Assembly: GCA_947630695.1 (NCBI GenBank)
Contig: CANRIM010000002.1
Location: 1,271-65,270 of the forward strand
Direction: 5' to 3'
DNA from: an uncultured Lachnospiraceae bacterium
Lineage (GTDB): Bacteria > Bacillota > Clostridia > Lachnospirales > Lachnospiraceae
DNA: 64,000 nt
The notes below the pieces were generated by a model. That model was not told where the DNA came from, did no database searches, and saw only the letters and a list, made by a program, of their open reading frames with translations. Of this stretch, positions 53,943-64,000 are shown piece by piece. The first letter of the stretch is position 1. The number at the start of each line of letters is the position of its first letter. Made by a program: the position numbers and the translations under genes.

Positions 53943-54623
53943 TTACTTCTGATTTTTATGCGCAATCATTTTCTTCCTGATCGCGTCATAACTGAGTCTG
54001 CCGAATTTCAGCACTTCAATCGGATAGTCCGGATGCTCCACCAGTGCCATGGACATCTGGGCAAATACCACCACGTCCACTTCCTTCACCAGTTTGTCCA
54101 GGGCAATCCGCACCTTCTCATCGTGCAGCGGACGGTCGCCGCGCATTAATGCTTCAAAAGCGCCGTCTGCCACGCAGATGGAAGTCTCTACTTTTTTGCC
54201 GGCTGCCGCTGCGGCTTCCAGAATGGAATTTTCCACCGGTTTCGCGCTGGTAGCCAGAGAAGACAAGATACCGATCTTTCCGCCGATTTCCACGGCCCGC
54301 TCTGCCACCGGTTCTTCGATGCCTACCACCGGAATGGGAATCAGGGGCCGAATGGCTTTGGTCACGGTATTGACAGAGGTACAGGTCACAAGGATGCCGT
54401 CTGCCCCTGCGTCCACCGCGCACATCATATAGTTATACATTCTCCGGGCCACGGAAGGGGTGGCGTAGCCTGCCTTCTGGGTCTCCGCGATCAGAGAGCT
54501 GTCCGCGATATCCATGCCTTCGACATCCGGGTTATCCGCCAGAAACGGCTTGGTAAAGGGATCGCTCATCATTTCCATAAATTTATCAGTTGTATGTAAT
54601 GTACAAAGCTTCATGTATTTCAC
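53943..54623 (-). CDS. Asp/Glu/hydantoin racemase-superfamily protein
   Basis: 226 aa with GADGILVTCTSVNTV and IGILSSLATS segments that resemble the two pseudo-symmetric racemase half-sites. Confidence 0.45.
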   Translation of the reverse strand: MKYMKLCTLHTTDKFMEMMSDPFTKPFLADNPDVEGMDIADSSLIAETQKAGYATPSVARRMYNYMMCAVDAGADGILVTCTSVNTVTKAIRPLIPIPVVGIEEPVAERAVEIGGKIGILSSLATSAKPVENSILEAAAAAGKKVETSICVADGAFEALMRGDRPLHDEKVRIALDKLVKEVDVVVFAQMSMALVEHPDYPIEVLKFGRLSYDAIRKKMIAHKNQK

Positions 54624-54632
54624 CTTCCTTGC

Positions 54633-55685
54633 TTACAGCTGCTCGATCTGTTCCTTGATATACGCGTTTGCCTTCGTCCATGCATCCTCGAAGCTGGATC
54701 TGAACAATACCACCGGGCCGAACTGCTCGTATTCCGGCGGCGTAATGCCGTGTACGTCGTAACCGCGTCTGAAATCCGGCAGTTTTTCATACAGTTCATC
54801 CAGTACCGCTGTGGGAACCGGCATAAAGAAACGCTGTACCACCGGCGGATTCTGCTTCAGCAGGTCCTCCGCTGCGCCCTTCCAGTTAATGGTGATACAG
54901 GCCTTCGCTCCTACCATCTCGGTAAAATGATGCAGGCCTCTGGCGCCGCCGCCGATAAAGCCTACCGGATAACGCTTGTCGTTGACGATCTGATATACCT
55001 TCTTTGCCGCGGCAATGCCCGCCTGCCACAGGGTATCCGGGCTGATATCCACATGATTTTCCTTTACGTAATTCTGCAGATACTCGTCATAGATGCCCGT
55101 AATATGGGAAAAATAGATAGGCGCGGGATCCTTCATGCCTTTGGTGGCCTTCTCATAGACCTCGCAGACGTCCAGCGCCTGTCTTACGGCCATAACCTCC
55201 GTGGCGTTAATGGGGATCCGTTTGGAAGCGCAGTATTCAATGGCTTTCAGGCCGTCTTCCGTTACGGGGATCTTCGCCATGATATTCGGGCCGGCTTCCC
55301 GGTTGTATTCCGCAAAGCGGATAATATCTTCCGTGGTTTCCATGAAAGGATTGCCCTGAATGCTGACGTAACCCCAGGCGCCGTGGGTTTCCTCATACAT
55401 GGGCAGGAAATGTTTGGCCACATTGCCCACCAGGGTACGCTGCAGCGCTGCCTGGGCCTCGTTGGCGTCTTTGGTTTCTTTTAATATATCCTTTAAAATA
55501 TCCGTGGCATATGCGCTTTCCGTCTCATGGGAAAGCATCTTCCAGACATAAGAAGGGTTCTGGGTACAGCCTACGGCACCGGCTTCTATGGCCATATCCG
55601 CCTCTTCCCTGGTCACGTTGTTGATCCAGAACCGGGTGGCTGTCTGCGCGCTGACACGATGAAAATAGCTTGATTTATCCATCAT
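54633..55685 (-). CDS. Transaldolase-family protein
   Basis: N-terminal TRFWINNVTREEADMAIEAGAVGCTQNPSY resembles the clostridial transaldolase-family N-terminus. Confidence 0.6.
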   Translation of the reverse strand: MMDKSSYFHRVSAQTATRFWINNVTREEADMAIEAGAVGCTQNPSYVWKMLSHETESAYATDILKDILKETKDANEAQAALQRTLVGNVAKHFLPMYEETHGAWGYVSIQGNPFMETTEDIIRFAEYNREAGPNIMAKIPVTEDGLKAIEYCASKRIPINATEVMAVRQALDVCEVYEKATKGMKDPAPIYFSHITGIYDEYLQNYVKENHVDISPDTLWQAGIAAAKKVYQIVNDKRYPVGFIGGGARGLHHFTEMVGAKACITINWKGAAEDLLKQNPPVVQRFFMPVPTAVLDELYEKLPDFRRGYDVHGITPPEYEQFGPVVLFRSSFEDAWTKANAYIKEQIEQL

Positions 55686-55840
55686 TGATTCCTCCTGAAA
55701 AGTAATATTTTTAGTTCTGAAACGGTCCGGGAACTGTGCCTGTTTTTGCCTTCGCAGTCCGAACCCTGCTGTTTTTCATTATAATTCATCCGAAAGGCAA
55801 ATTCAACTAATTCGCACAGGTTTTAAGATGCTTTTCCCAT

Positions 55841-55874
55841 AAAAATCAGCCGCTCCGTTGCCGGAGCGGCTGAT
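55841..55874 (-). terminator. Intrinsic terminator after aspS
   Basis: 12-bp stem TCAGCCGCTCCG/CGGAGCGGCTGA with a 4-nt loop, followed by TTTTT on the minus strand. Confidence 0.85.
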
Positions 55875-55897
55875 GGTCATTCTATATTGGATTGGAT

Positions 55898-57685
55898 TTA
55901 TTCTGTTTCTGCAATGGTCAGTCCCAGTTCTTCCAGCTGTTTTCCGTCCACCTCGCCGGGGGCGTCCGTCATCAGGCAGGAGGCATCCTTCACCTTGGGG
56001 AAGGCGATGACGTCCCGCAGGCTCTCCTGCCCTAACAGCAGCATCATCAGGCGGTCAAAGCCGTAAGCCAGTCCTGCATGGGGCGGTACCCCGTATTTGA
56101 AGGCGGTCAGCAGGAAACCGAACTGCTCCCGGGCCTTTTCCGGCGTAAATCCCAGCACTTCAAACATTTTTTCCTGAATATCATTCTGGTGGATACGCAC
56201 GCTGCCGCCGCCCAGTTCCGTACCGTTGAGTACGATATCGTAAGCTCTGGCCCGTACCGCGCCGGGATCCGTATCCAGCTTTTCGATATCCTCCTCCATG
56301 GGCATGGTAAAAGGATGGTGCATGGCGGTATAGCGGCCCTGCTCATCGCTCCACTCCAACAGCGGAAACTCGGTGATCCACAGGAAACGGAAGGTATCGG
56401 GATCCCTTAAACCCATCAGGTCTCCCAGATGTACCCGGAGCGCGCCCAGTACATCCCAGACGATTTTGTTTTTGTCCGCCGCAAACAGCAGCAAATCTCC
56501 CGGCTCTCCTTCTGCGGCGCTTACGATCCGGGAAAGCTCCTCTTCCGTCATAAATTTGGCAAAGGAGGATTTATACCCGCCGTCTTCCGTGATGGCCAGA
56601 TACGCCAGTCCCTTTGCGCCGTAATCCTTCGCGAAGTCTCCCAGCGCGTCGATTTTCTTTCTGGGCATACCGGCCTGTCCTTTGGCGTTGATCAGCCGCA
56701 CACTGCCGCCGGCTGCCACCGCATTGGCAAATACGGAAAATCCGCAGTCCTTTACAATATCGGAAATGTCCTTCAGCTCCATGCCGAAGCGCAGATCCGG
56801 CTTATCCGAGCCAAAGCGGTTCATAGCCTCGATCCAGGTCATCCGCTGCAGCGGAAGCTGCACGTCCACACCCCGGATCTTTTTGAAAATCTCCGCGATC
56901 ATCCGCTCGGTCACATCCATGACGTCATCTTCATCCACGAAAGACATTTCCAGATCCAGCTGAGTAAATTCCGGCTGCCGGTCCGCCCGCAGATCCTCGT
57001 CCCGGAAGCATTTGGCGATCTGGAAATACCGGTCGTAGCCCGCGCACATCAGCAGCTGTTTAAACAGCTGCGGCGACTGGGGCAGCGCATAGAAGGTGCC
57101 CTTATGCACACGGCTGGGCACCAGATAATCTCTGGCGCCCTCCGGCGTGGATTTACACAGCACCGGGGTTTCGATTTCCAGGAATTTTTCACCGATCAGG
57201 AAATTCCGGATGATGGAAGCCACCTCGCTGCGCTTGATAAAGTTGCGCTGCAGATCCGGCCGGCGCAGATCCAGATACCGGTATTTCAGGCGCAGATCGT
57301 TGTTGGTCTGGCTGTTTTCTTCAATAGGAAACGGCGGCGTCTGGGCCTCCGCCAGGATGCGCAAGGAGGTGGCGCAAAGCTCCAGTTCACCGGTGGCCAG
57401 GGATTCGTTCACCGCGCCCTTTCTCTTTTCAATGGTGCCTTCCACCGCGATCACATATTCATTCCGCAGGGTATAGGCCTTGTCAAAGCCTTCCTTGCCG
57501 ATATAGGTCTCGTCAAATAAAATCTGCAGCAGTCCGCTGATATCCCGCAGATCCACAAAAATCATGGCGCCTAAGTTTCTCCGTTTCTGTACCCAGCCCA
57601 TGACGGTGATCTTCTCACCGATTTTGCAGTTTAAGACTTCCGTACAGCGGTGTGTGCGTTTCATGCCCTTCATTGATTCAAACAT
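55898..57685 (-). CDS. aspS: Aspartate--tRNA ligase
   Basis: 595 aa with an OB-fold N-terminus ([19 protein letters not shown]) and class II motifs ([26 protein letters not shown]). Confidence 0.9.
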   Translation of the reverse strand: MFESMKGMKRTHRCTEVLNCKIGEKITVMGWVQKRRNLGAMIFVDLRDISGLLQILFDETYIGKEGFDKAYTLRNEYVIAVEGTIEKRKGAVNESLATGELELCATSLRILAEAQTPPFPIEENSQTNNDLRLKYRYLDLRRPDLQRNFIKRSEVASIIRNFLIGEKFLEIETPVLCKSTPEGARDYLVPSRVHKGTFYALPQSPQLFKQLLMCAGYDRYFQIAKCFRDEDLRADRQPEFTQLDLEMSFVDEDDVMDVTERMIAEIFKKIRGVDVQLPLQRMTWIEAMNRFGSDKPDLRFGMELKDISDIVKDCGFSVFANAVAAGGSVRLINAKGQAGMPRKKIDALGDFAKDYGAKGLAYLAITEDGGYKSSFAKFMTEEELSRIVSAAEGEPGDLLLFAADKNKIVWDVLGALRVHLGDLMGLRDPDTFRFLWITEFPLLEWSDEQGRYTAMHHPFTMPMEEDIEKLDTDPGAVRARAYDIVLNGTELGGGSVRIHQNDIQEKMFEVLGFTPEKAREQFGFLLTAFKYGVPPHAGLAYGFDRLMMLLLGQESLRDVIAFPKVKDASCLMTDAPGEVDGKQLEELGLTIAETE

Positions 57686-58937
57686 TGCCTGCTCCCCCTA
57701 TCGCATTTTCTATCTCATCCAGACGGACGCGGATGCTTTCTCCGCTTTCCATATCCTTTAAAACGGCTTCGTTTTTCTCCAGTTCCTCCGAACCGATGAT
57801 AACGGTCTTTTTCGCGCCGATCTTATTTGCGTATTTCATCTGTGCTTTCACACTGCGGCCCATATAATCGGTCTCACAGACGATGCCTTTTGCCCGGAGC
57901 CGCCGCACAATGCCGTAAGCCGTGGCAATGGCGTCTTCCCCCAGCACGCCCACATACAGGGCCACCGGATCTTCCGGCGGAAAGGCGATCTGCTCCGCCT
58001 CCATAAAGGACAGGATCCGCTCAATGCCCATGCCGAACCCGGCCGCCGGGATATCCTGCTTTTCATCGATTTCCTTCACCAGATTGTCATACCGGCCGCC
58101 GCCGCAGAGGGCGAACCCGTCCTGATTGACAAATTCAAATACGGTTCTGGTGTAATAGTCCAGTCCCCGGACAATATCCGTATCCACTTCATACGCGATG
58201 CCCAGACTGGTGAGGATCTTCTGCAGAGATTCGAAATGATTCCGGCATGCCTCGTCCAGATAATCCACGGTTCTGGGGGACGCCTTGACGATCTCCCTGC
58301 ATTCCGGGTTTTTACAGTCCAAAACCCGCAGCGGGTTTTTCAGCATTCGCTCCCGGCACAAAGGACAGAGGCTGTCTTTCTTGTCATTCAAAAAGGCCAG
58401 CAGCGCTTCATTGTACTGCTTCCGGCAGGCGGCGCAGCCGATGCTGTTGATATGCAGCTTCGCGCCTTTCAGTCCCAGCCGTTTTAAAAGCTCGGTGATA
58501 AAGGACATGAGCTCTGCTTCCACCAACGGCGATTCGGAACCCACGATTTCCACGCCGAACTGATGATGCTGGCGAAGCCTGCCGCTCTGGGGCTTTTCAT
58601 AGCGGAAAGCCTGGGTCACATAAAACAGCTTCTTCGGCGCCGGCTCCGCATACATGTTATGCTCCAGATAGGCCCGGATGGTGCCCGCCGTTCCTTCCGG
58701 CTTCAGCGTAATGCTCCGGTTTCCCTTGTCCGTAAAGGTATACATCTCTTTCTGCACCACATCCGTAGTCTCTCCCACGCCCCGCTGAAACAGCACCGTA
58801 TGTTCAAACATGGGCGTGATAATCTCCTGCATATGATAGGCGTTTGCCAGCGACCTTGCCGTTTCTTCCACGATGCGGCGTTTGTGCATGGCCTCGCCGA
58901 ACCAGTCCTGTACCCCTCTGGGTGCCTGTGTAATCAT
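57678..58937 (-). CDS. hisS: Histidine--tRNA ligase
   Basis: [28 protein letters not shown] and GGGRYD motifs of HisRS. Confidence 0.9.
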   Translation of the reverse strand: MITQAPRGVQDWFGEAMHKRRIVEETARSLANAYHMQEIITPMFEHTVLFQRGVGETTDVVQKEMYTFTDKGNRSITLKPEGTAGTIRAYLEHNMYAEPAPKKLFYVTQAFRYEKPQSGRLRQHHQFGVEIVGSESPLVEAELMSFITELLKRLGLKGAKLHINSIGCAACRKQYNEALLAFLNDKKDSLCPLCRERMLKNPLRVLDCKNPECREIVKASPRTVDYLDEACRNHFESLQKILTSLGIAYEVDTDIVRGLDYYTRTVFEFVNQDGFALCGGGRYDNLVKEIDEKQDIPAAGFGMGIERILSFMEAEQIAFPPEDPVALYVGVLGEDAIATAYGIVRRLRAKGIVCETDYMGRSVKAQMKYANKIGAKKTVIIGSEELEKNEAVLKDMESGESIRVRLDEIENAIGGAGNV

Positions 58938-60436
58938 AAATTCCCTCCTAAGATTTTCCTCGCCATCATCTCATCAATGCGCGCAATATAATGTCCCACA
59001 TCCTTCACATTTTCAATCCGCTCATGCCTTCCGTCCGCAAAGACCAGCTTCGAGCTGCCGCCGGCCCCGGCGGCGTAAATGCTCTGGATTTCTTCCATAA
59101 TCAGAATATTGTATATACCGAATTTTCCTTCTTTCGCATAGCCGGTGTTTTCCAGATTGCCCGCCATATTTTTCTGGCGGTACAGATAGTAGGGTTCCAT
59201 GCCCATGTTCCGGGCGCCCGCGTAAGCCGCCTCCAGCATCGCGTCGGTATCCCCTCCGGCAAAGGCGGCAAATTCTTCCGCGTTGGTATTCAGCCGCGCG
59301 GCCCGCTTGCGCGCCAGGGTATGTACCGTCAGGCTCTCCGGATCCAGACGCCGGATCTGCTCCACGGTATTTTGAAAATCCGCCGGGGTTTCCCCGGGCA
59401 GACCCGCGATGATGTCCATATTGATATTGTCAAATCCCAGCCGTCTGGCGCAGGCAAAAGCCTCCAGCGTCTGCGCCGTGGTATGCTTCCTGCCAATGAG
59501 CCGTAGCGTTTCGTCCTTCATGGTCTGGGGATTGACGGAAATCCGGCTCACCGGAAACCCGCGAATGGCGGCCAGCTTTTCTTCCGTAATGCTGTCCGGC
59601 CTTCCGGCCTCCACCGTCCATTCTTTCAGCCCGGACAGATCAAAACGCGCTGCAATCCCCGAAAGCAGCCGCTCCATCTGTGCCGGCAAAAGGGTGGTGG
59701 GCGTCCCGCCGCCGATGTAAATGGTCTCCGGCTTTTTCCCCGCCGTCTGATCTGCGATCAGATCCAGCTCCTTTTCCACACACTGCAGATACCTGTCCAT
59801 CTCTCCGGCCCATTTTGCCAATGGATAGGACGTAAAAGAACAGTATGCGCAGGTACTGGGGCAAAACGGAATGCTGACGTAGAGGCTGAAGCTCCTTAAC
59901 CCCTCCAGCGACCGGATCAGCCTGTCCTCATTTTTCGCGGTGCGCAAGGCCAGTTCCTGCTTTTTCCCGCTCATATAATAGTCCGTTTCCAGCCGGGCGC
60001 AGATGGCGTCCTCCGACAAGCCTTCCTGCAGCATGGCCGTCACCAGCTTCACGGGCCGGATGCCGGTCAGCGTGCCCCAGGGCAGGGTCCTGCCGGTACA
60101 GGCGGACAGGAAACGGTAAAGGTCTCTTTTTAACTGGTTTTTCCGGGTGATCCGGTATTCCTCCCCGGGCAGGGGTTCGGGCACCGGAAAAATTTCCTCC
60201 CGCTTCAGCACCGGCTCCGCTGCGTCCGGCGCCTGGTACAGGGAAATACGAACATCGGTCTCCGTCTGAAAGATACACAGCAGCAAATCCGCCTCCGTCC
60301 GGGGTTCCTTCTGCCCGGCATCCGCTTCTTTTGCCCCGTCGTCCAGCACCAGAAGAACGGCGCCCGGATAAAAGCTCAGGACCAGCGGGCGGATATCCTG
60401 CTCAAACTCCCTGTTGTTCAGTTTTATAATGATCAT
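58934..60436 (-). CDS. hemZ: HemZ-like radical SAM protein (HemN/coproporphyrinogen dehydrogenase family)
   Basis: 500 aa with a CxxxCxxC cluster ([11 protein letters not shown]) after a ~170-aa N-terminal extension, as in HemZ. Confidence 0.55.
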   Translation of the reverse strand: MIIIKLNNREFEQDIRPLVLSFYPGAVLLVLDDGAKEADAGQKEPRTEADLLLCIFQTETDVRISLYQAPDAAEPVLKREEIFPVPEPLPGEEYRITRKNQLKRDLYRFLSACTGRTLPWGTLTGIRPVKLVTAMLQEGLSEDAICARLETDYYMSGKKQELALRTAKNEDRLIRSLEGLRSFSLYVSIPFCPSTCAYCSFTSYPLAKWAGEMDRYLQCVEKELDLIADQTAGKKPETIYIGGGTPTTLLPAQMERLLSGIAARFDLSGLKEWTVEAGRPDSITEEKLAAIRGFPVSRISVNPQTMKDETLRLIGRKHTTAQTLEAFACARRLGFDNINMDIIAGLPGETPADFQNTVEQIRRLDPESLTVHTLARKRAARLNTNAEEFAAFAGGDTDAMLEAAYAGARNMGMEPYYLYRQKNMAGNLENTGYAKEGKFGIYNILIMEEIQSIYAAGAGGSSKLVFADGRHERIENVKDVGHYIARIDEMMARKILGGNL

Positions 60437-61062
60437 AACCGTCCTCGTAAATACGGATTGTTTGCTTTTTCGCTTCGAATGGTGGTTTCAGGACCGTGGC
60501 CGCACAGGCAGCGGGTATCCTCCGGCAGACATTTCAGTTTTTCCAGCGACGCCATGATGGTATCAAAACTGCCTGTGGGGAAATCCGTTCTCCCGATGGA
60601 ACGGAAAAACAGCGTGTCCCCGGTAAACAGCAGCTGCTGTGATTCCTCATAAAAGCAGCAGGAACCGGCGGTATGACCGGGCGTGGCGATGACCTTCAGA
60701 CAGATATCGTCCAGGGTAATCTCCTCTCCGTCCTGCAGGCAGCGGTCGGGAGAAAAGGCAAAGGCCCTGCCCACTTCCGCGGAGCAGTTCAGCGCCGCAT
60801 CCTCTAACAGCGCCTGTTCCGCCGCCATGGCGCAGACCGGCACCGTATACTTTGTTTTTAAATCCTGTAATCCCAGAATATGATCAAAATGCCCGTGGGT
60901 CAAAAGCACTGCCGCCGGCGTCAGCTTACGTTCCCGCAAGAATGCGTCAATTTTGTCCGCGCTGTCCCCCGGATCGATGATGAAACAGCGGCTGCTTTCC
61001 TCTGACGTCACAATATAACAGTTGGTCTGTAAACTGCCTGTGATGATTCTGTTTGTCTGCAT
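60433..61062 (-). CDS. MBL-fold metallo-hydrolase
   Basis: LLTHGHFDHI (the HxHxDH motif). 209 aa. Confidence 0.8.
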   Translation of the reverse strand: MQTNRIITGSLQTNCYIVTSEESSRCFIIDPGDSADKIDAFLRERKLTPAAVLLTHGHFDHILGLQDLKTKYTVPVCAMAAEQALLEDAALNCSAEVGRAFAFSPDRCLQDGEEITLDDICLKVIATPGHTAGSCCFYEESQQLLFTGDTLFFRSIGRTDFPTGSFDTIMASLEKLKCLPEDTRCLCGHGPETTIRSEKANNPYLRGRL

Positions 61063-63356
61063 CAGCCCACACTTCTTTCTACATTCAGCACATCCGGCAC
61101 CCGCGATATCTTATTGCAGATCCGGTTCAGTTCCTCTTTGGAATGGATATCAAAGCCCAGTTCAATGCTGGCAGTCCCGTTTTTGCTGGTTCTGACGTTG
61201 ACCCGGCTGATATTGATCTGTTCCTCGGTGAAAATCTTCGAAATATCCACCAACAGGCCGCTTCTGTCATTGCCGTAGACCGAAATCACGGTGGTGTAGC
61301 TGGTATCGCTTAAATTACTGTCCGTGCTGCCCCATTCTGCCTCGATAAGGCGGGCCCGGTCCGCTTCCGGCAGATGCATAATATTCACACAGTCTGTCCT
61401 GTGAATGGAAACCCCCCGTCCCCGGGTGACAAATCCCACGATCTCATCTCCCGGCACCGGCGAACAACATCTGGAAAAGCGCACCGACACATCCTCCGCG
61501 CCCTTGACGATGATCCCGCCGCTGGCGGCGCTGTTTTTCCGCGTATGCACGGCAGGCTCCGCATGTTCGATGACATCCTGATCCGTCAGCAGCTCCGGAT
61601 TGGCCTTCCGGTACTCATAGAGCAGCTTGTTGGCCACCTGGCCTTCCTTCAGTCCGCCGTGCCCGATGGCCGCCAGAATGGAATCCCAGTCTTTAAAGCC
61701 ATAGCGGGACATCACCTTTTCCTGATACTCCGGCTTGTTGATCTCGGACAGCCGGATCAGCTTCATTTTACAGTATAAATGCAGCAGTTCCCGTCCCTTG
61801 ACGATGTTTTCATCTTTTAACTGATTTTTGAACCACTGATTGATTTTATTTTTTGCCTGGGTGGTCTTGACGATGGCCAGCCAGTCTCTGGAAGGGCCCT
61901 TGGAGTTTTGGGAAGTCAAAATCTCGATCCGGTCGCCGTTCTGTATTTCATAGTCGATGGGCACCAGTTTGTCATTGACCCTGGCCCCGATCATCCGGTT
62001 GCCCACCGCGGTATGGATCTGATAAGCAAAATCAATGGGCGTAGAACCGGCGGTCAGGGTTTTCACCTCTCCCGTCGGCGTAAAGCAGTACACCGACTCG
62101 CTGAACAGATCCAGATCGTTTTTCAGCAGTCCCATGAACTCCTCGTTGTCGCTCATCTCCCGCTGCCATTCCAGAATCTGCCGCAGCCAGGTCAGTTTTT
62201 CTTCCTCATGCAGCTCCGGTTTCTTTCCGTCCGAAGCCTCTTTATATTTCCAGTGCGCGGCGATGCCATACTCCGCGGTTTTGTGCATTTCTTTGGTACG
62301 GATCTGTATTTCAAAGGGCTGTCCGTCTTTGCCGATCAGCGTCGTGTGCAGCGAGCGGTACATATTGGGCTTGGGCATGGCGATATAATCCTTCACCCTT
62401 CCGGGAATCGGCGTATAAAATTCGTGAATGACCCCCAGCGCCGCATAGCTGTCCTTGATGGAATCCACGATAATGCGCACCGCGAACAGATCATAAATCT
62501 GATCGATGGTCTTATGCTGGTTCACCATTTTTTTGTAAATACTGAAAAAATGCTTTACCCTGCCTTCCACGGTGCCTTCGATGCCCGCGTCTTTGATGTG
62601 CTGCTGCACCTGGGCCACGATATTTCTCACATAGGCCTCTCTGGCGCTCTTCCGCATGACGATCTTATCCACCAGGTCATAGTAGACGTCGGGTTTGAGA
62701 TACTTCAGCGAAAGGTCGTCCAGTTCCACCTTGATGCGGGAAATCCCCAGCCGCTGCGCAATGGGCGAATAAATATCCAGGGTCTCTCTGGCAATGTCCT
62801 TCTGCCTGTCCGGTTCCTTATACTGCAGGGTCCGCATGTTGTGCAGGCGGTCTGCCAGCTTGATCAGTACCACCCGGATATCCTTTGCCATGGCCAGGAA
62901 CATTTTCCGAAGGTTGTCCGCCTGATAGTCCAGCCGGTCTGAATGATAATCGATTTTTTTCAGCTTGGTCAGCCCGTCCACCAGCGCCGCGATTTCCCCG
63001 CCGAACCGCTTTTCAATATCCTCCAGCGTATAGCCGGTATCTTCCACCACATCGTGCAGCAGGCCCGCGGCAATAGATTCCTTATCCAGCTCCAGCTGGG
63101 AAAGGATCAGCGCCACGTTCAGCGGATGCATGATGTAAGGTTCTCCAGATTTTCTGACCTGGTCCTTGTGGGCCTCCTTCGCCAGGGCATAGGCGTCCTC
63201 AATGACCTTCAGATCCGCGGAAGGATGATAGCCTTTGATATTGTCGATCAGCTGCGTAAACAGGACGTCCGGATCCGTTACAGCAGGTTTCTTCTCCTCC
63301 TGATGACTCTCCGGCAGCTTAAATTCTTCTTCTATCCGAACATCATCATTTTGCAT
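61062..63356 (-). CDS. relA: Bifunctional (p)ppGpp synthetase/hydrolase RelA/SpoT (Rel)
   Basis: 764 aa with an HD hydrolase domain (HPLNVALIL...LLHDVVEDT), a synthetase domain (YRSLHTTL), and TGS and ACT-like C-terminal domains. Confidence 0.9.
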   Translation of the reverse strand: MQNDDVRIEEEFKLPESHQEEKKPAVTDPDVLFTQLIDNIKGYHPSADLKVIEDAYALAKEAHKDQVRKSGEPYIMHPLNVALILSQLELDKESIAAGLLHDVVEDTGYTLEDIEKRFGGEIAALVDGLTKLKKIDYHSDRLDYQADNLRKMFLAMAKDIRVVLIKLADRLHNMRTLQYKEPDRQKDIARETLDIYSPIAQRLGISRIKVELDDLSLKYLKPDVYYDLVDKIVMRKSAREAYVRNIVAQVQQHIKDAGIEGTVEGRVKHFFSIYKKMVNQHKTIDQIYDLFAVRIIVDSIKDSYAALGVIHEFYTPIPGRVKDYIAMPKPNMYRSLHTTLIGKDGQPFEIQIRTKEMHKTAEYGIAAHWKYKEASDGKKPELHEEEKLTWLRQILEWQREMSDNEEFMGLLKNDLDLFSESVYCFTPTGEVKTLTAGSTPIDFAYQIHTAVGNRMIGARVNDKLVPIDYEIQNGDRIEILTSQNSKGPSRDWLAIVKTTQAKNKINQWFKNQLKDENIVKGRELLHLYCKMKLIRLSEINKPEYQEKVMSRYGFKDWDSILAAIGHGGLKEGQVANKLLYEYRKANPELLTDQDVIEHAEPAVHTRKNSAASGGIIVKGAEDVSVRFSRCCSPVPGDEIVGFVTRGRGVSIHRTDCVNIMHLPEADRARLIEAEWGSTDSNLSDTSYTTVISVYGNDRSGLLVDISKIFTEEQINISRVNVRTSKNGTASIELGFDIHSKEELNRICNKISRVPDVLNVERSVG

Positions 63357-63423
63357 TCCCGGTCAAACTCCTTTGATTCTGTGCAAAACTATTGTTATAT
63401 ATTAGACTATTTTCAACAAAAAA

Positions 63424-64000
63424 TCAATTACTATTCGAGTCGGCTTCCTGCCGGTTTGCGAAATATTCCACCACCAGCTGCACGGAGACGGTTCCCCGGT
63501 ATTCATTCAGCTGGGGCCGGTAAACCATGGTCAGCGTATCGCTTCTTTTCAGTTCTTCCGCCAGCGCCTCCGCATCCCGGAAACAGACGCCTTTCATAGG
63601 TCTGCCGTTTTGTTCAAAGTCCAGGGAAAGCACATTTTTCATTTCTCCCACCAGCCGGTATCCCGTCACTTTCAGATCCCGTTCCGCAAAACAGGGTTCC
63701 GGATTGCCGTTGCCGAAGGGCGCCAGCTGCCGGATTTCCTCCAGCAGATCCATTGTAATATATGAAGGCGACATTTGAAAGTCCACACTGACTTTCTGCA
63801 CAAAGTCCTCCGCTGTCAATCCGCAGTGGGCATTCAGAAAATCTTTGGCCTTTTCAAAATTTTCCGGCGGCAGCGAAAATCCCGCCGCCATTTTGTGTCC
63901 TCCGAATTTGGAAAACAGCTCGCCGCAGGCCTGCAGCCGGTCAAACATGGGATAGGCCTCGATGGACCGCCCCGCCCCTTTGAGGAGCCCGCCGCTGTCC
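63424..64000 (-). CDS. recJ: Single-stranded-DNA-specific exonuclease RecJ, C-terminal part; continues beyond the window end
   Basis: FGGHKMAAGFSL motif and a C-terminal OB-like region. The reading frame stays open to position 64000. Confidence 0.75.
   Translation of the reverse strand, partial: DSGGLLKGAGRSIEAYPMFDRLQACGELFSKFGGHKMAAGFSLPPENFEKAKDFLNAHCGLTAEDFVQKVSVDFQMSPSYITMDLLEEIRQLAPFGNGNPEPCFAERDLKVTGYRLVGEMKNVLSLDFEQNGRPMKGVCFRDAEALAEELKRSDTLTMVYRPQLNEYRGTVSVQLVVEYFANRQEADSNSN

Noticed and set aside
57686-58990. Expected T-box leader upstream of hisS/aspS
   Set aside because: The hisS start overlaps the stop of the upstream hemZ-like gene, and aspS overlaps hisS. No non-coding interval is available for a ~200-nt leader.
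1-64000. CRISPR arrays, rRNA and tRNA genes
   Set aside because: I saw no regularly spaced 25-40-nt direct repeats and no cloverleaf or rRNA-like conserved segments in any intergenic region. The only periodic repeat is the 3x 33-bp array at 27566-27642, which is too short and too AT-rich for a CRISPR array.

Overview
64-kb chromosomal window from a spore-forming, Clostridia-type Firmicute, judged from a complete spoIIIAA-AH operon, murB-whiA-crh and recJ-relA-hisS-aspS synteny. By eye it falls into three compositional blocks. (i) 1-22.9 kb is AT-rich and entirely on the minus strand. It is a Wzx/Wzy-type surface-glycan locus with a PglC-like initiating transferase, a DegT aminotransferase, a CDP-ribitol-type module with two LicD transferases, and an unusual embedded carrier-protein line: orphan AccD-AccA carboxyltransferase fusion, 2 ACPs, FabG-like SDR, KASIII, GNAT, DltC-like carrier, DltA-like adenylase, type II thioesterase, GT4, PIG-L deacetylase, ATP-grasp ligase and APC permease. 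It ends in a truncated glf remnant. (ii) 22.9-34.7 kb is an accessory island: a DinJ/YafQ toxin-antitoxin pair, three tandem overlapping large serine recombinases (GC-rich), then an AT-rich four-gene plus-strand operon of AAA ATPase (DUF4143-like), Type III Res-like helicase-nuclease, an Abi-alpha/DUF4393-like protein wedged between res and mod, and a beta-class DNA methyltransferase with a long C-terminal extension. A near-consensus promoter overlapped by a 33-bp-periodic repeat precedes this operon. I consider it the best candidate for an undescribed composite defence system. (iii) 34.7-64 kb is GC-richer core genome: multidomain flavodiiron protein, a GGGtGRT/NifU-like pair, GH28, prfC, murB, whiA, Crh-like HPr, the spoIIIA operon, a ~225-nt structured RNA candidate ending in an intrinsic terminator, a GH127-like/BKACE/racemase/transaldolase cluster, aspS, hisS, hemZ-like, relA and recJ. 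I saw no rRNA, tRNA or CRISPR array. All calls come from reading the supplied translations and the sequence by eye. No database search was run.
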